The notes beneath the pieces are model-generated. The model saw only the letters and a list, made by a program, of their open reading frames with translations, made no database searches and was not told the origin of the DNA. DNA of 64,000 nt, taken from positions 16,678,001 to 16,742,000 of the forward strand of contig OZ024745.1 of the NCBI GenBank assembly GCA_964016885.1, in the 5' to 3' direction. Positions 38,255 to 51,844 of this stretch are shown piece by piece. Source of the DNA: Eledone cirrhosa. Taxonomy: Eukaryota. A program made the translations under genes and the position numbers. Positions within the stretch are counted from its first letter, which is position 1; each line of letters begins with the position of its first letter.

Positions 38255-39925
38255 TAAAATAACAGATTAAAGTTTAAGCAAAGAATCGCTGCTTTCACCC
38301 TTAACGGGATCTTCTGAAACTAACTCTTTGGATTTTAGTCTTCAAATTTATTATTATTACTAATATATATATATATATATATATAAAAATAAGTATGTAT
38401 ACGTACATACATATATGTATACAGACGTACAGTAGCATGTATATACATACTACTGTACGTCTGTATACATATATGTATGTACGTATACATACTTATATTT
38501 AAGTATCAGCCGTACTAAAAGTGAGAAATGAAATTTCAATTTTTTCCATTTATATATATATATATATATATATACTACACAGATTCACAGATTATGCGTG
38601 TGCATGCATCAATGACTGTGAATGTGTGACCACTTGATGCTGCTCGAAGTGTACAGCTTGTATTCATTGAATCATCTAATGTAACGGAAATAAACAAGGG
38701 CATAATTTTATTGCATTTAATTGTTTAAATACTTTGTGAATTAATAATCTTGAATATATTTTTTTCTGAATCAAATGTCGTGTTTTTCTAAACACGGATG
38801 TTTATTTATTCCTGTAGATATACTTAATTGAAATATGATGAATATCTAAAGATAACGTCGTCCGCCCAACTGCTTCCTTGGCTAGTAATTATTATATATG
38901 CCTTACATAATTTTAGGAAGTTGCATAATTACATCCCTAATACGATTGATGATAACATATATCAACTTTGCATATTATCTACATGTTTTCTTAGGTTTTC
39001 AAAGGATCCATATCCTTTTTAAGAAGCTATAGGTGTGGGAAGGTCCTTTTCGTATCAAAATACACCATACGATTTCCTTTACTATGTTTTCTTAACGTCA
39101 CAGTCAGAGAGCTAACAGCATATTTTAATGTGAAGCTCAGTCCACAAAGTTAAGATTTTATACTGCAGATTAATCCTAAAAGCTAACACCGTTTCACATT
39201 GTATCTCAGTCCATGAAACTTACGCTATATTTCGTAGTTTATGAGTATTATAATGTAGTTCAATGAACATAACGATATATTCTATACTGAATTTAATCTA
39301 TCAAACATACATTAAATTGTATATTGTAGCTCAATTTTGTAATAAGGTTTGTAATAACTACTAGATGACGTCTCTGACATCTACTAAATACTTTAGAAGC
39401 ATAAACGTTCGTGGTGGCAGATCTGTGAAATCGGTCTCTAAACTTGTCTGCTTACAGGTAGAGATCTGTTTCATATTTCTAGAGATAGCATGTTTAACAC
39501 TTGTACGAGCAAGACTCAATTTTCGCTTCTCATTCGTTTATTGCCTGTATTTAACGTTTGTATGTCCATGGACATGAACCGCTGGGTGCAGCAGTGCTTG
39601 TAACATTGCAGATCCTTGATCATTACATCTAACTATTTAGTTAGAAATGCTGTGATTTTGACTCGGTAGTTTACTTTAAACAAATTGCATATACACACAG
39701 AAAATCACAAACACAAAGGAAACAATATAAATGAAGACATAGCAAATGAGTAAGAATTGATATATACACACACACATATTTTATACATTCTGGCTTAATC
39801 GTTATTTCTGCTTACAGCAAAGTACAAAACGCCATGAACATATATCCTCCATTAAGCTCTGTATATGTTTGGCGTTGCGACGTTTTAGCATATCGTCACT
39901 CAATTGCCTCAGTTTCTCTTTTCAG

Positions 39926-39991
39926 GTATCAAGCTCTTCAGGCAGACTTTAGGGAGACCAGTTAAGAGATTGATGACGTCACATATTTACG
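39926..39991 (+). other. Candidate internal exon of an unidentified host gene (66 nt, phase 1-1)
   Basis: tttctcttttcAG acceptor, G|GTGAGT donor; one open frame IKLFRQTLGRPVKRLMTSHIY. Confidence 0.45.
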
Positions 39992-40501
39992 GTGAGTTAC
40001 TTTTAATTCCTACACTACGACAAAACAATATTTTATATTAATAGAATAAATACCGTGTTTTTTTAATTAAGTTTGGGGACTATAAACTGTCAATATCTCT
40101 AAACAATATTGATCTTGTCATTTTTATAACTTATATAATCGTCATCATAATCCTTTTTGCTATATGTAAATTATGTTATACAAAATTTCATATGCACCAT
40201 TCTGGTCAGCCTGACCAGAACACATGGTAACAATCGAGATACAATCTATATCAATCTAACTAAATGTCAAAAATAACAATGATAAATCAGAAGTTAACTA
40301 TACCGAAATAGCTTATATACATTCTGGTAACAACACATAGTTAGAATTATACTTGTTGAAGTTACAATAAATCAATACACACGTGCACTTCTTCAAAACG
40401 TTTATTATAGCTGTGAAGTCATACCAGTGATTTGAGGGTCAGGGGTTTCATACCTAAGGACACTAAACAGTCTAATCTCATGCTTTCATTCTCCCTCTCT
40501 C

Positions 40502-40577
<76 letters not shown>

Positions 40578-40585
40578 TTATATAT

Positions 40586-40645
<60 letters not shown>

Positions 40646-40764
40646 GCGCACACACACACACATATATATATATATGAAGGAATTCATAAGAATCATTCAT
40701 GTAAAATTTTCTTTAACTTGTTTGCTTTTCTCCAAATATATTTTTTATCATGCCCTGACTAATT

Positions 40765-40960
40765 GGGGCGGTGCATTGGCAGTGTCGGTAAAGGGTCGGA
40801 CGCCATGCTTTGCAGTAAACACTTACGTTCCTTTACTGCCCAAGTTCAAATCCCGCCAACGTTTACTCTGCCTTTTACCTTCACGGGGTCGATAAAATAA
40901 AGTACCAGTAATGCACTGGGATTATTGCTGGCCTTGTGCCAAAAGTAGAAACAATTATTA
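40765..40960 (+). mobile_element. SINE family 1
   Basis: Full-length match to consensus. Confidence 0.85.
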
Positions 40961-41549
40961 ATTACTTCATAATGCAAAGCTGGAATTGGTTGGACTCCCT
41001 CATATGCGTATGTGTACACATACGTATATATATTTATTCCGTGGTTCGATCATCTGAACATCAGGCAGAAAATATTATATATAAAATTCATCAGTCAGAC
41101 GTCTGCAATGTTTACCTCTACCAAATTTCACTCACAAGTATTTTGTTGATTCCGGAGTAACGTAAATCTTATTTGTTCACTATAGGATTCCAGACTTGAA
41201 AATTGTGAAACGCACATCTTTCCCCACGCCCACGTCAATAGAGTTTCAGATTTTTAATTCTTTTGAAAATCTTTCGTTTATTATGCATCATGTTTTGTAT
41301 TTCAGTCAAGGCATTCCTTCCCCCCTCTCTCTTTCCCTGTGTGTGTTTCTCTTGATCACGCTCTTGTTGCTTAAAAGCATTTTCAACTACACGTGAAAAC
41401 CTTTTTTTTTTTTTCGTATAGATTCGTCTTTGCTATAGATTTATATGTGTATATATATGAACCTACGAATATAGATATACAGTTTGATGCTCATACACAG
41501 ACATACACACAGCACACACATGCACTGACTCACCCCCCACCCCACCCAC

Positions 41550-41583
<34 letters not shown>

Positions 41584-41644
41584 GAGTATGTGTGTGTGTA
41601 TGTGTTATATATACGCTACATTGTGTAGGCATGTGTAGAATGTA

Positions 41645-41688
<44 letters not shown>

Positions 41689-43316
41689 CATACATACATA
41701 CATACATACATACATACATACATACATACATACATACATACATACATACATACATACACGTATCTGCGAAAAAGTTTCTTGGGGAAATATATTCTAATTT
41801 CGATGCTAGCGAATATGAGTTGAGGTGAAACTAAGAGAAATTTCAGCGGTATTCAGCGATAAACGTTTTAACAGTTGTTACCAGCGTGCAGGAAGTTGTT
41901 TTTACCAACTCATTCAGAGCACTCGTCTTCTCCCCATACCTTCAAACTCTTCCTTCTCTGTTTTTCCTCCCTTACATTATCTATTTCTCACTTTCACTGT
42001 TCCATGCAATGAAATATCATATTCATATTTGTTATACACCATGAGTATGGAAAACGAGGAGAGAGAAAGAAAATTGAGTTTTAATATGTATATAGGTGCG
42101 CATGCGTAGACGGCAAAATATCGAAGTTGTAAGAATGTCGGATAGAATGATTTGCAATATTCGCGTCGGCTCTCTGAGTTCAAATCCCGGCGAGGTCAAA
42201 GTTCAGACATTGAGAGGGGATGGGCTCGGATAGGTTTATAAATGCTCCAGAAACGCTGTATGTCCATATGGAGCAGGGCGCCCCTACACCTTCAGCAAGA
42301 ATTACGCTTTTAAACCATAGCACGTGTTCATGCATATTCTTAAGAATCATTAGGTTTCACGTTCAATCCCACTGCCTGGCAGTTTGGGCGAGATTCATTA
42401 TCATAGTCGCGAGTTGATCCTTGAGAATAAAATTGGTTAGATGCTATATATGGACTGTACATGTAATTCAACCGGCCACCATGCCGTACACGTTAAATCA
42501 CCATGAGAGTTACTTTAAGGTAATGGGTGTCTCTGGAATTTTCAGAAACATACACGTTAATTTATTGAACTGGCTCTTCCGTTCATCGAACGCTTGGATC
42601 ACAACTCAATCAATATCGAAGCTTCCATTGGTATGTCTATGTATATCAGTGTGCATACATATGTGTGTGTATGCGTGGTGTATGTATATGATGTTTATTT
42701 GCATATGGATTCATATATAATTGTTTTCTTGTGTGATTTAGGTTGTAAGCCTTATAAATGTAGGTAAGCCTTATAAATACGTCAGCTATTCAGATGAATC
42801 ATAAACAACAATAGCGAAGTGTAACTTTATACATATAATGGTAATTATGTAAATAAATATCTATGATAAAGTACTAAATAAGTAAGTATAGATTTCCTCT
42901 GGCATTCTCTCTCTCTATTCTAAAAATGATATTATCAGACTTCGTAATAATTCAATAATTAACTTTTTTTGTTTCATGTTGTAGACAAATTTTAAAACAA
43001 TAAATCAAAATCTAGCAAGATTTGCGTTGTTTATTCTATCATAATTAATGGGTAGAGAGAATATCTTATCTCTTTTTATCTTCATATAACAATTTTACTC
43101 TTTATTTTTTCAACATATTTATCCTCTAAATATTATATATATTTAACAATATTTATTCATACACACATTATCTTCTGCAATATATCATTAATAATCATCG
43201 AATACCATAATCACCACCAGAATAATCTGAATTCACTTTCAGGAACAATGTCCTCGTACAGTCTTTTCGTTCCCACCTTTTCTTCTGTTCTTTTCACTAT
43301 TGCTTTCCCTGTTATT

Positions 43317-43408
43317 TCCTCCTCCTCCTCCTCCTCCTCCTCCTCCTCCTCCTCCTCCTCCTCCTCCTCCTCCTCCTCCTCCTCCTCCTCCTCCTCATCA
43401 TCATCATC
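43317..43408. repeat. (CCT)n(CAT)n microsatellite
   Basis: Trinucleotide run. Confidence 0.95.
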
Positions 43409-43892
43409 AGATACATATGAAGTCATTTAATGCATGTAATATTTCCTTTAAACCTGGTGTATTTATTTGTGCGCCATGTTTTGAGGACATCAATAGCAGA
43501 AGAACATTTGACTATGATCATTTTTTACAATTATTATACTCGTAGAATAATTTACGATCTCAAACCATTTACCATTTTCTTCACGATCTTAACACACTAG
43601 ACATCTTTCTCACCTTCAAATGCAAGACTTCATAATAGCCTTTTACTTTCTTTACTGTATGATCATGGGAACAAAACTGTAAAATATGTATTTCCATTAT
43701 TCATCCACAATAATCCCTGAATTCTCTTAGAAAACGTCCAAGCCAAAATGTAGACATATTCTAATATTTAACGGCTTAATATATCCTAGGTACCCATTAA
43801 ATATGGTTATATTTATATAGATAAAATACAAATATTTCATTTTTTAAATGAAAGGTTGCATTTGTACCAGCTTAAATAAGAATAACGCATAT

Positions 43893-44085
43893 TAATTGGG
43901 TCTACTTTTGGCACAAGGCTAGCAATTATTCCAGTGTATTAGTGGTGCTTAATTTTATCGAACCCGTAAAGATGAAAGGCAAAGTTAACCTCAGCGGGAT
44001 TTGAACTCAGACCATAAAAGGCCGTAACTCTTTGCTGCAAAGCATGGCATCCGACCCTCTACTGATACTGCCAATCCACCGCCCT
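43893..44085 (-). mobile_element. SINE family 1
   Basis: Full-length rc match. Confidence 0.85.
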
Positions 44086-44198
44086 ACGTACATTAAGAAT
44101 TATTGTAATTACAACACTCTAAAATATGTATATTCGTCTGATAGGCAAATCTTTTTCCATTGCAAATATATAGTATTTGAATGGAATCTACGATCATC

Positions 44199-44233
<35 letters not shown>

Positions 44234-44889
44234 TATAAATTATGTCCTTAGAATCATTTGATAAGATATATACTCAATTTCCTCTCCAAATTAGCATAAT
44301 CAACCACACAAAAAAAAAAGTTAAACCAGGCTATAAGATTAAAAGGCACATGTGAAGAAATAATAGATAAATAAACGACAGCCATCTATTCGCGATCAAC
44401 AGCTATAGAATATTTACTCATCATTTCAATAGCACGTGGAAATCGATTAAATATATCGTCAACCATACACAATTAGGTATAAAATTAAAGTTAGAAGAAA
44501 AAATGCATATACACATACCAGGAATACGTTTCGTCCGCTTTCGGAAATATCCTATCAAGGATAAATTCTCGAGCTTCGAACTCATCAGGAAACAAACTCA
44601 CATGGACAAAGATTTTTCTTAAATGATCCCCGCCAGAAACTAATTCAAAATGGCTAAGAACTCTGACGTGGCAGTGGTCAAGTCAGAAAGAATGTGATTG
44701 GTGTCTTACGGCTAGTAGGCTGGTTGCTAGAAATCGCAGCCTAATATTGCCCAAATTGCCTCTCAACCTTATGGGAGATTATTAAATATAAAGATTTACA
44801 TATACACAAACTAGACAAAGTTATATATATATATATATAATATAAAACTTGAACTTTTTAGCCGACTCTCCATATATATATATATATAT

Positions 44890-45107
44890 ATGGATGGTCG
44901 GCTAAAAAGTTCATTGGCTGAAGAATTCATAGGCTGACCAAAATACTATCATGGAATAACCAAATGAGGTTTATATTTCAACATAGTCCAAGGAAACAAG
45001 CAATGGAGTTTTTAATAAAAATAGTTGGAATAAATGCATGCAAGATTTCAGGGCTCTAGCATCAATCGTTCTTAGTCAGCCTATGAACTTTTCAGTCGAT
45101 CCTCGTA
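44890..45107. mobile_element. Tc1/mariner-type MITE
   Basis: TIR-like ggtcggctaaaaagttcat / atgaacttttcagtcgatcctcgTA; related copy ~53190-53380. Confidence 0.6.
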
Positions 45108-45423
45108 TTTAGGAATATTCTCATAACGTCTAAATATATATAAAAATATGTGTTCACCTTCTATAATGTAGATCAGGTAATCTTCCTTTTACCACTTCCC
45201 AGCATGATATTATATTAACTAACCACACAGAAATATTTCTCGGATATTCACTTTCTAATAAGGAGATATTTAAGTTGTAGAAATATATATTTTCTGTCAT
45301 GCTATTATATTTTGAATATAGTTGATTTTTCGTTGAATTTCACAACCTATAAATACACTTCTAGTTAACGTTTGTTTCGCTTCAAATATTTAGGAGGTTG
45401 CTGCTCCTACACACAACCATATA

Positions 45424-46036
45424 TATACGTTGCTGACGATAGCTAATAAGCTTGAAACTAGTACAGCGTTCCTTTGTCAGGGTTGAACAAATGAGCAACG
45501 ATGGTTGCTAGACACTGTACGGCTTAATTCGGGATGTTTGTTTACAAACACACCGAGCATTATAATAAATGTTCGGTGAATCCATACGTACAAATATATA
45601 TGTGTGCATGTATGTATATATATATACATACTACTGTACGTCTGTATACATATATGTATGTACATGTACATACTTATATTTAAGTAACAGCCGTACTAAG
45701 AGTGGGAAATGAAATTTTGTTTCATTTTTTCCGTTTATCGTTTTCGGTACCCCGGCCGATTAACTCACTCAATATGCAAATTATGCTGCTCAGCCGTTAA
45801 TATGTATAAGGACAGTATATACTTTCAGACGTTCAATCATCTGGCTGGAAGGTATACGTTGCTGACCATAGCTAATAAGCTTGAAACTAGTACAGCGTTC
45901 CTTTATCAGGATTGAACAAATGAGCAACGATGGTTGCTAGACACTGTACGGCTCAATTCAGGATGTTTGTTTACAAACACACCGAGCATTATAATAAATG
46001 TTCGGTGAATCCATACGTACATATATATATGTGTGC

Positions 46037-46041
<5 letters not shown>
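45424..46041 (+). mobile_element. Retrozyme-like tandem: 429-bp unit plus partial repeat, an HHR in each
   Basis: 45424-45612 repeated at 45853-46041; ends in (TA)n. Confidence 0.75.
45427..45469 (+). ncRNA. Minimal type I hammerhead (second copy 45856-45898 has core CTGACCA)
   Basis: acgttg-CTGACGA-t-agct/agct-t-GAAA-ctag-TA-cagcgt; palindromic stem III. Confidence 0.85.
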
Positions 46042-46115
<74 letters not shown>

Positions 46116-46306
46116 TACTGTAGTATAAGTTTTGTAGAAATATCCACGAGTACGAGGAGACTGTCCATAGGACAAGGTAACTATAATTAGTTAAACGAGT
46201 GACATTTACAGGTACTTATGTTTCATTGGGTATACACCACAACCCATTCAGCTGAATGCTTTGGGTAATATATATATATACATACATACAAACACACACA
46301 CACACT

Positions 46307-46399
<93 letters not shown>

Positions 46400-46409
46400 T
46401 TATATATGT

Positions 46410-46627
46410 GAAGGCGCGTGGCTGAGTGGTAAGAGAATTGAACTCTCAATCGTGAGGTTGTGAGTTCGATTCCTGGACGAGGTGATGCGTTATGTCCTTG
46501 GGCAAGACACTTTATTTCACGTTGCTCCTTCTACCTGGAGTTGCGAACGATAGATAGTATTAGCAATTGGAAAGATCAATTGAAATATTGTTTCCTCGGT
46601 CCGATTTTGATGAAAGTCAATCGACTG

Positions 46628-46628
<1 letters not shown>
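46410..46628 (+). mobile_element. tRNA-derived SINE family 2 (related copies 47088-47270 minus, 60720-60938 minus)
   Basis: A-box TGGCTGAGTGG, B-box GAGTTCGATTCC, body tgtccttgggcaagacact. Confidence 0.75.
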
Positions 46629-46674
<46 letters not shown>

Positions 46675-47573
46675 TCGCAACCGAGATCAACACAACGAAT
46701 AAAACTATCACCATCAGCAATAACGCAGTGATCCACCATTTATTTCTCTGCCACATACAACGATTGGTATACCTGGTACCAACAGCTGTATCATCAGCAT
46801 CAGTGCCCCCATCATTAGCAGTAGTATCCTCAGCCCCCCCCCCCCCCCCCCCCCTTCACTACCACCATCCCTACCACAATCAACTATAATAGTTTACTGA
46901 TCCAACAATGGTGATACTGTTAGTATACACACATATATTTATCTCCACCACCAAAATAATGAGATCACAGAATATTCAACACAATGCACACAGTCAGTAC
47001 ATGACATAATTCTCCACCATGGTCTTACTGATGTTTAATTAAATAAATTACATAAATATGTATGATATATATATATATATATATATAGGAACGATCGACT
47101 TTCGTCAAATCGGACCGAGGAAACAATGTTTCCGTTGGTCTTTCCAGTTGCTTGTTCTATCTATCGGTCAAGTAGAAAGAGTAATGTCTTGCTCAAGGAC
47201 ATAACGCATGGGCGGGTCCGGTAATCGAACTCACATCCTCACGGTTGCGAATCCAATTCTATAACCACTCCAAAAGATTACATGTACGTCTCGACCAGGA
47301 ATTAACCCAAGACCAGGATCTCCACCGTCTCTAGAACCTACCGCTAGTCCACTGAGACAGCTACAATATGATGTATTGTGGTTGTAATTTAGTTGTCTCC
47401 ATCTTTAATTCAAACTTATTCTAACCAGGAATATATTGTCCTATATATTTCTGCTGTTTGGGACTTTCACATTTAGAATTATCCCAATGTATTGTATGTC
47501 AACAGTTTTTTATGCACGCTGCACGTACCACCACCTAATATATGTATATATATGCATGTACACACACACACAC

Positions 47574-47651
<78 letters not shown>

Positions 47652-50600
47652 GCTAAACTTTGGATTCTTTGATTGTGTTTTTATCAGATTCTTTACAAAC
47701 GGATCAGATATACTGTCATGTTTGTATCTATAAAGCATCGTATTCTTAGAACGGCATATATTATAGTTTCTATCTTGATAAATTCGACTGCGAACTCTGG
47801 TTTGCAGCTTCAAATATTTGTTTAACCTACATCGAATCATAGATAGAAACTAGGCCTTATACTGTATATTGTGATGGCAAAATTATTAGAAATAGCAATA
47901 AATTTCCTGTGCTTTTAATCTTTACGCTTTTAAACGTTAAAGGTTTGAAATGCTATGTTTGAAATCGATAATGACGAAATGTAAATACTCATATTGTTGT
48001 ATATATTTTATTGTATTAAACCAATCGTTCGTCTTTTTTCCCCATAATCCTTTTGAATCCTCATCCGAATAAAGGCTTTATGGGATGTTTTGATGTGTTT
48101 CGTTGTTTGATGATGGTTGTCATACTATGTCGGGATATTTGAAGTTCAGTATTAATATTCTACATGATGGATGTGTAATAGGCATTGCTTTGTAAAGGAA
48201 ACATAAGCATATAATAACATTGAAATATAACGGAAAATGTGCAAAACCAGATAAAGACGAAATGGTTTGAATAAAATTAATGGGAGAAAATAAGTAATAC
48301 TATAGAAAAGAATGATAATGAGATTAAGTAGAATTGATTATATGGCATTTGTCATGTCAAAGATGTAAAAAGAAGACTCAAGTAAACTTGTATTGAAGGC
48401 TCTGTTTGATTTATAGTTGTTACAGGGCGTTGTGTAGAGGTTGTTGCTGTTATTGTATAGTGGGAAATGGAATAAGCCTTCTACGAAGGTTTTGTTTCCC
48501 ATGGAACTTAAAAGATTTTTTTACAACAAATTCAGTAAGACAAATGAAATTTCTCTTACAGATTATTGATATAAGATATTTTATTTATGGTAAGATCTAA
48601 TATGTGCTGGCATGAAGTTTCTCAAAGAATGCAGTTAAGTGTCATATTCTATATGGGGATGAATATATCTGCATCTGCTGTCGTTGATGCTTCTCCATTG
48701 ATATTATTTAGGTTATTTTCTATCAAATATTGTGATTAATTATAATGCAGTAAAACGGCTGTGGCTTTCCATTTAATTAATGTGGCAGCATGCTGTTTCC
48801 TGGTGTAAAGATTTCTTTCAATTGAGAGATTGGGGCATTTGGAAAACCACTCCAAAGTCTAAAACAACTGAAATAAGTTCACGTCTCTGCGATGCCTTTC
48901 TTTAATTAATATAACGTTTTGAGTTCTATTCAGAAGTAGAGATATAAAGCATTTATCCATTCTACCAACAATGCCATTAACCAAAATGGTAAATACTACT
49001 TTTCTGTGAGATACCACATCAAAGGTTTTCATAGAACTTTATGTGAAATAAATTAAGCTGTTATGCATACAATAGACATTCTATTATAATATTGTTATGG
49101 TATAAGTTGTCTCTTTGTTAACAAGGAAGGACAAGGGAAGAAATTATTTCACTAACATTGTTTATTTTTGAAAGCGGGGTAATTTTTCAGTTTGAGAACC
49201 GTTACTCTAAGGGCGTCGAATTGGCAGAATCGATAGAACTTCATATAGAGTGTTTCGTGGTGTTCTTCCCAACTCCCTCAGTTGAAAACTGCCAAGGTAA
49301 ACTTTGCTTTTCATCCTTTTGAGGTCGATAAAAATGATACCAGTCTAATACTGGGGATCTATTCCTCCTCTATAGGTCGCTCTCACTTCACACCCCTCAC
49401 TTTCTATCCTTCTTTGGAAAAAAATCAACTGAGTTCAAGCATGAAGTGGGTTGGACTCTGTCAGGTTTAAAATGATGCCTTCAAAATGACTCCATAAGAA
49501 CTTACAGGATCAAGCATACACTGTAAAGTATCATCGTGAATAAATTGGTAATTCATTACCAAACTTCTACAATTATCACTCACGAATAAAGATTAAAAAA
49601 AAATATTTATTAAAAACCTCCGTTTGCTCTGTAACCTCCTTTGCAATTCCATCTGATCTTTTTTAATGCCGGATGTTTTGTTGTAGGCGTCATTTGCAAT
49701 TCATCATAAACACCCTCCCACGACCAAAAAGAAAAAAAAGAAGCCTTTTCCATCAAACCACTTAATTCTCAATATCCGTATAATAGCTTCTAATTTCTTC
49801 CCTTTCACTCCTAAACATATTCTCATGATTAAACTGATCTTATGTTTTTTACGTTCATTTAAATATCCTGTAGAGTTCAAGTTTAAGCTGTATTTTTTCT
49901 GTAATTCAACTAACCCACTCGGCAATGTGTAATGTTGTGTTTTTAATTATATTTCTGCTAATTTGATAATTTCCTCTGCGAAGCAATTATCCATACCATC
50001 TCCGTTTCTATATGTAGTTTTAATATCTCTTATTTGATCAGACTTTTCCCGTCCGATATTTCTAAACCTTTTCTTATCATCAGATTTCCTTTAATTTTAC
50101 ACAGCAATGAACAATGATAACGGTGATTAAAAGTTGGCAAGTCTCTTTAATTATTGATAAGTATAGATGTAGACTGCAGGCAGTGATATATTAGAGCAGT
50201 TAATCCACCTGATAAAAAGCTTTGTGGTATTTGTTTCGGGGCTCTGCTTCGCTTAAATACTGCCAAGCTCAACTTTGTTTTCCAGTATTTTGAAGTTGAA
50301 AAAGGGAATAAGAGAAACAAAAACAGCGACATACTAACGTCAGTTATTTTCTGGGTTATTTTGATCATTCCCGACTCCTTTAGGAAAATATCAGATGTGA
50401 TTCTTACCAGGATTTAATGTCAAGAAACCTTGTAAATAATAGCGTCACACCTACACACATTCAGAAAAGGGTTCACCAATGACAATGTTGGAGATGATCA
50501 TGATCATGATCATGATGATGATTATATGTAGGCTCCAGGACTACATTTAGAATATTCTCTAGTTGACTTCACTTCAACGGTAATCTGTTAAATCCTGTCA

Positions 50601-50886
50601 TAATCGAAAAGACAAAATATCATTATGGCATCCATTCCAATTAACTGAAACTGCTTCCATAGATAAAAGGAATATTAAGATCACCCAAAATTAAGAATTA
50701 ACAGTTATCAAACCTTAATAAGTAGAAGTAATTTTAAGCCCTTACTAAAAAGCTTTATCAGATTTAACGGGAGATGATTCTGTGATCTACAATGATACCT
50801 AGAAATTATATAAATGTAATTAGGTTTAAAATAACCCTTGTTGAGACGCCAACACAAAATTAGTGGGTATTATTAAGGACCACAAT

Positions 50887-51075
50887 GGCGGAGGATTGGC
50901 AGTATCGGTAGAGGGTCGGACGCCATGCTTTCCAGCATAGTTACGTCCCTTTACGATCTGAGTTCAAATCCCGCCGAGGTTGACATTGGCTTTCATCCTC
51001 ACGGGGTCGATAAAATAAAGTACCAGTAATGCACTGGGTAATTTGCTGGCCTTGTGCCTAAAGTAGAAACAATTA
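50887..51075 (+). mobile_element. SINE family 1, full length with 18-bp TSD
   Basis: attattaaggaccacaat at 50869-50886 and 51072-51089. Confidence 0.93.
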
Positions 51076-51207
51076 TTAAGGACCACAATTTTTCATATTG
51101 CCACCTCTTGTCCGTTCACAATCAAAAGAATATATAATTATAATTATTGAAGGAGAAGCATTTCATTGGTGGAAATTTTCCCCCTAAGCCGCAGTATCAG
51201 TAAACTG

Positions 51208-51248
<41 letters not shown>

Positions 51249-51346
51249 CACACACACATATATATATAACAATTATATATATATATATATATGATCCAGT
51301 TAAGGGTGAAAGCAGCGATACTTTCCTTAAACACTTTAATCTGTTA

Positions 51347-51392
<46 letters not shown>

Positions 51393-51399
<7 letters not shown>

Positions 51400-51844
51400 A
51401 GTATATTTGGTAATATACCGATTGTTTAATTAAAAACATTTTGAAGACCTTGCGCTATCATTTTAAAGTACTGACTTACTTCTTTTTTCAGCAAAGGAAG
51501 GGAGAGAAGCTGACAGATTCTTTTTCACGCTGTTGGTGTTCCTCAGAGCCACGTACTCGCCGACCTCTGAAAATTATAGAGGCTGGATTCTTATAGAATT
51601 CCAAGAATCCAGCCTCTATAATTTTCAGCAGAGGTCGGCGAGTACATTGCTCTGAGAAACAGCAACAGTGTGAAACAGAATCTGTCAGCTTCTCTCCCTT
51701 CCTTTGCTGAAAAAGAGTAAGTCACTACTTTAAAATGATAGCGCAATGTCTTCAAAATGTTTTTAATTATACATACGGTATATTACCAAATATACTATAC
51801 ATACATTCATGTATACATCGCTATTTCAGAGCACCAATCCTAAT
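51393..51844. mobile_element. Foldback mini-element with ~200-bp arms, HHR in each arm
   Basis: Arms 51393-51592/51603-51803, tail 51804-51844; gct-CTGAG(G/A)A..GAAA-cagaatctg-TC-agc. Confidence 0.82.

Noticed and set aside
43211-43545. Poly-E/poly-P/poly-S ORFs
   Set aside because: Frames of a (CCT)n microsatellite.
49650-50100. Possible CRE/NeSL-like LINE N-terminal relic (HYTLPSG..W.DG) on the minus strand
   Set aside because: Too degenerate to support without a profile search.
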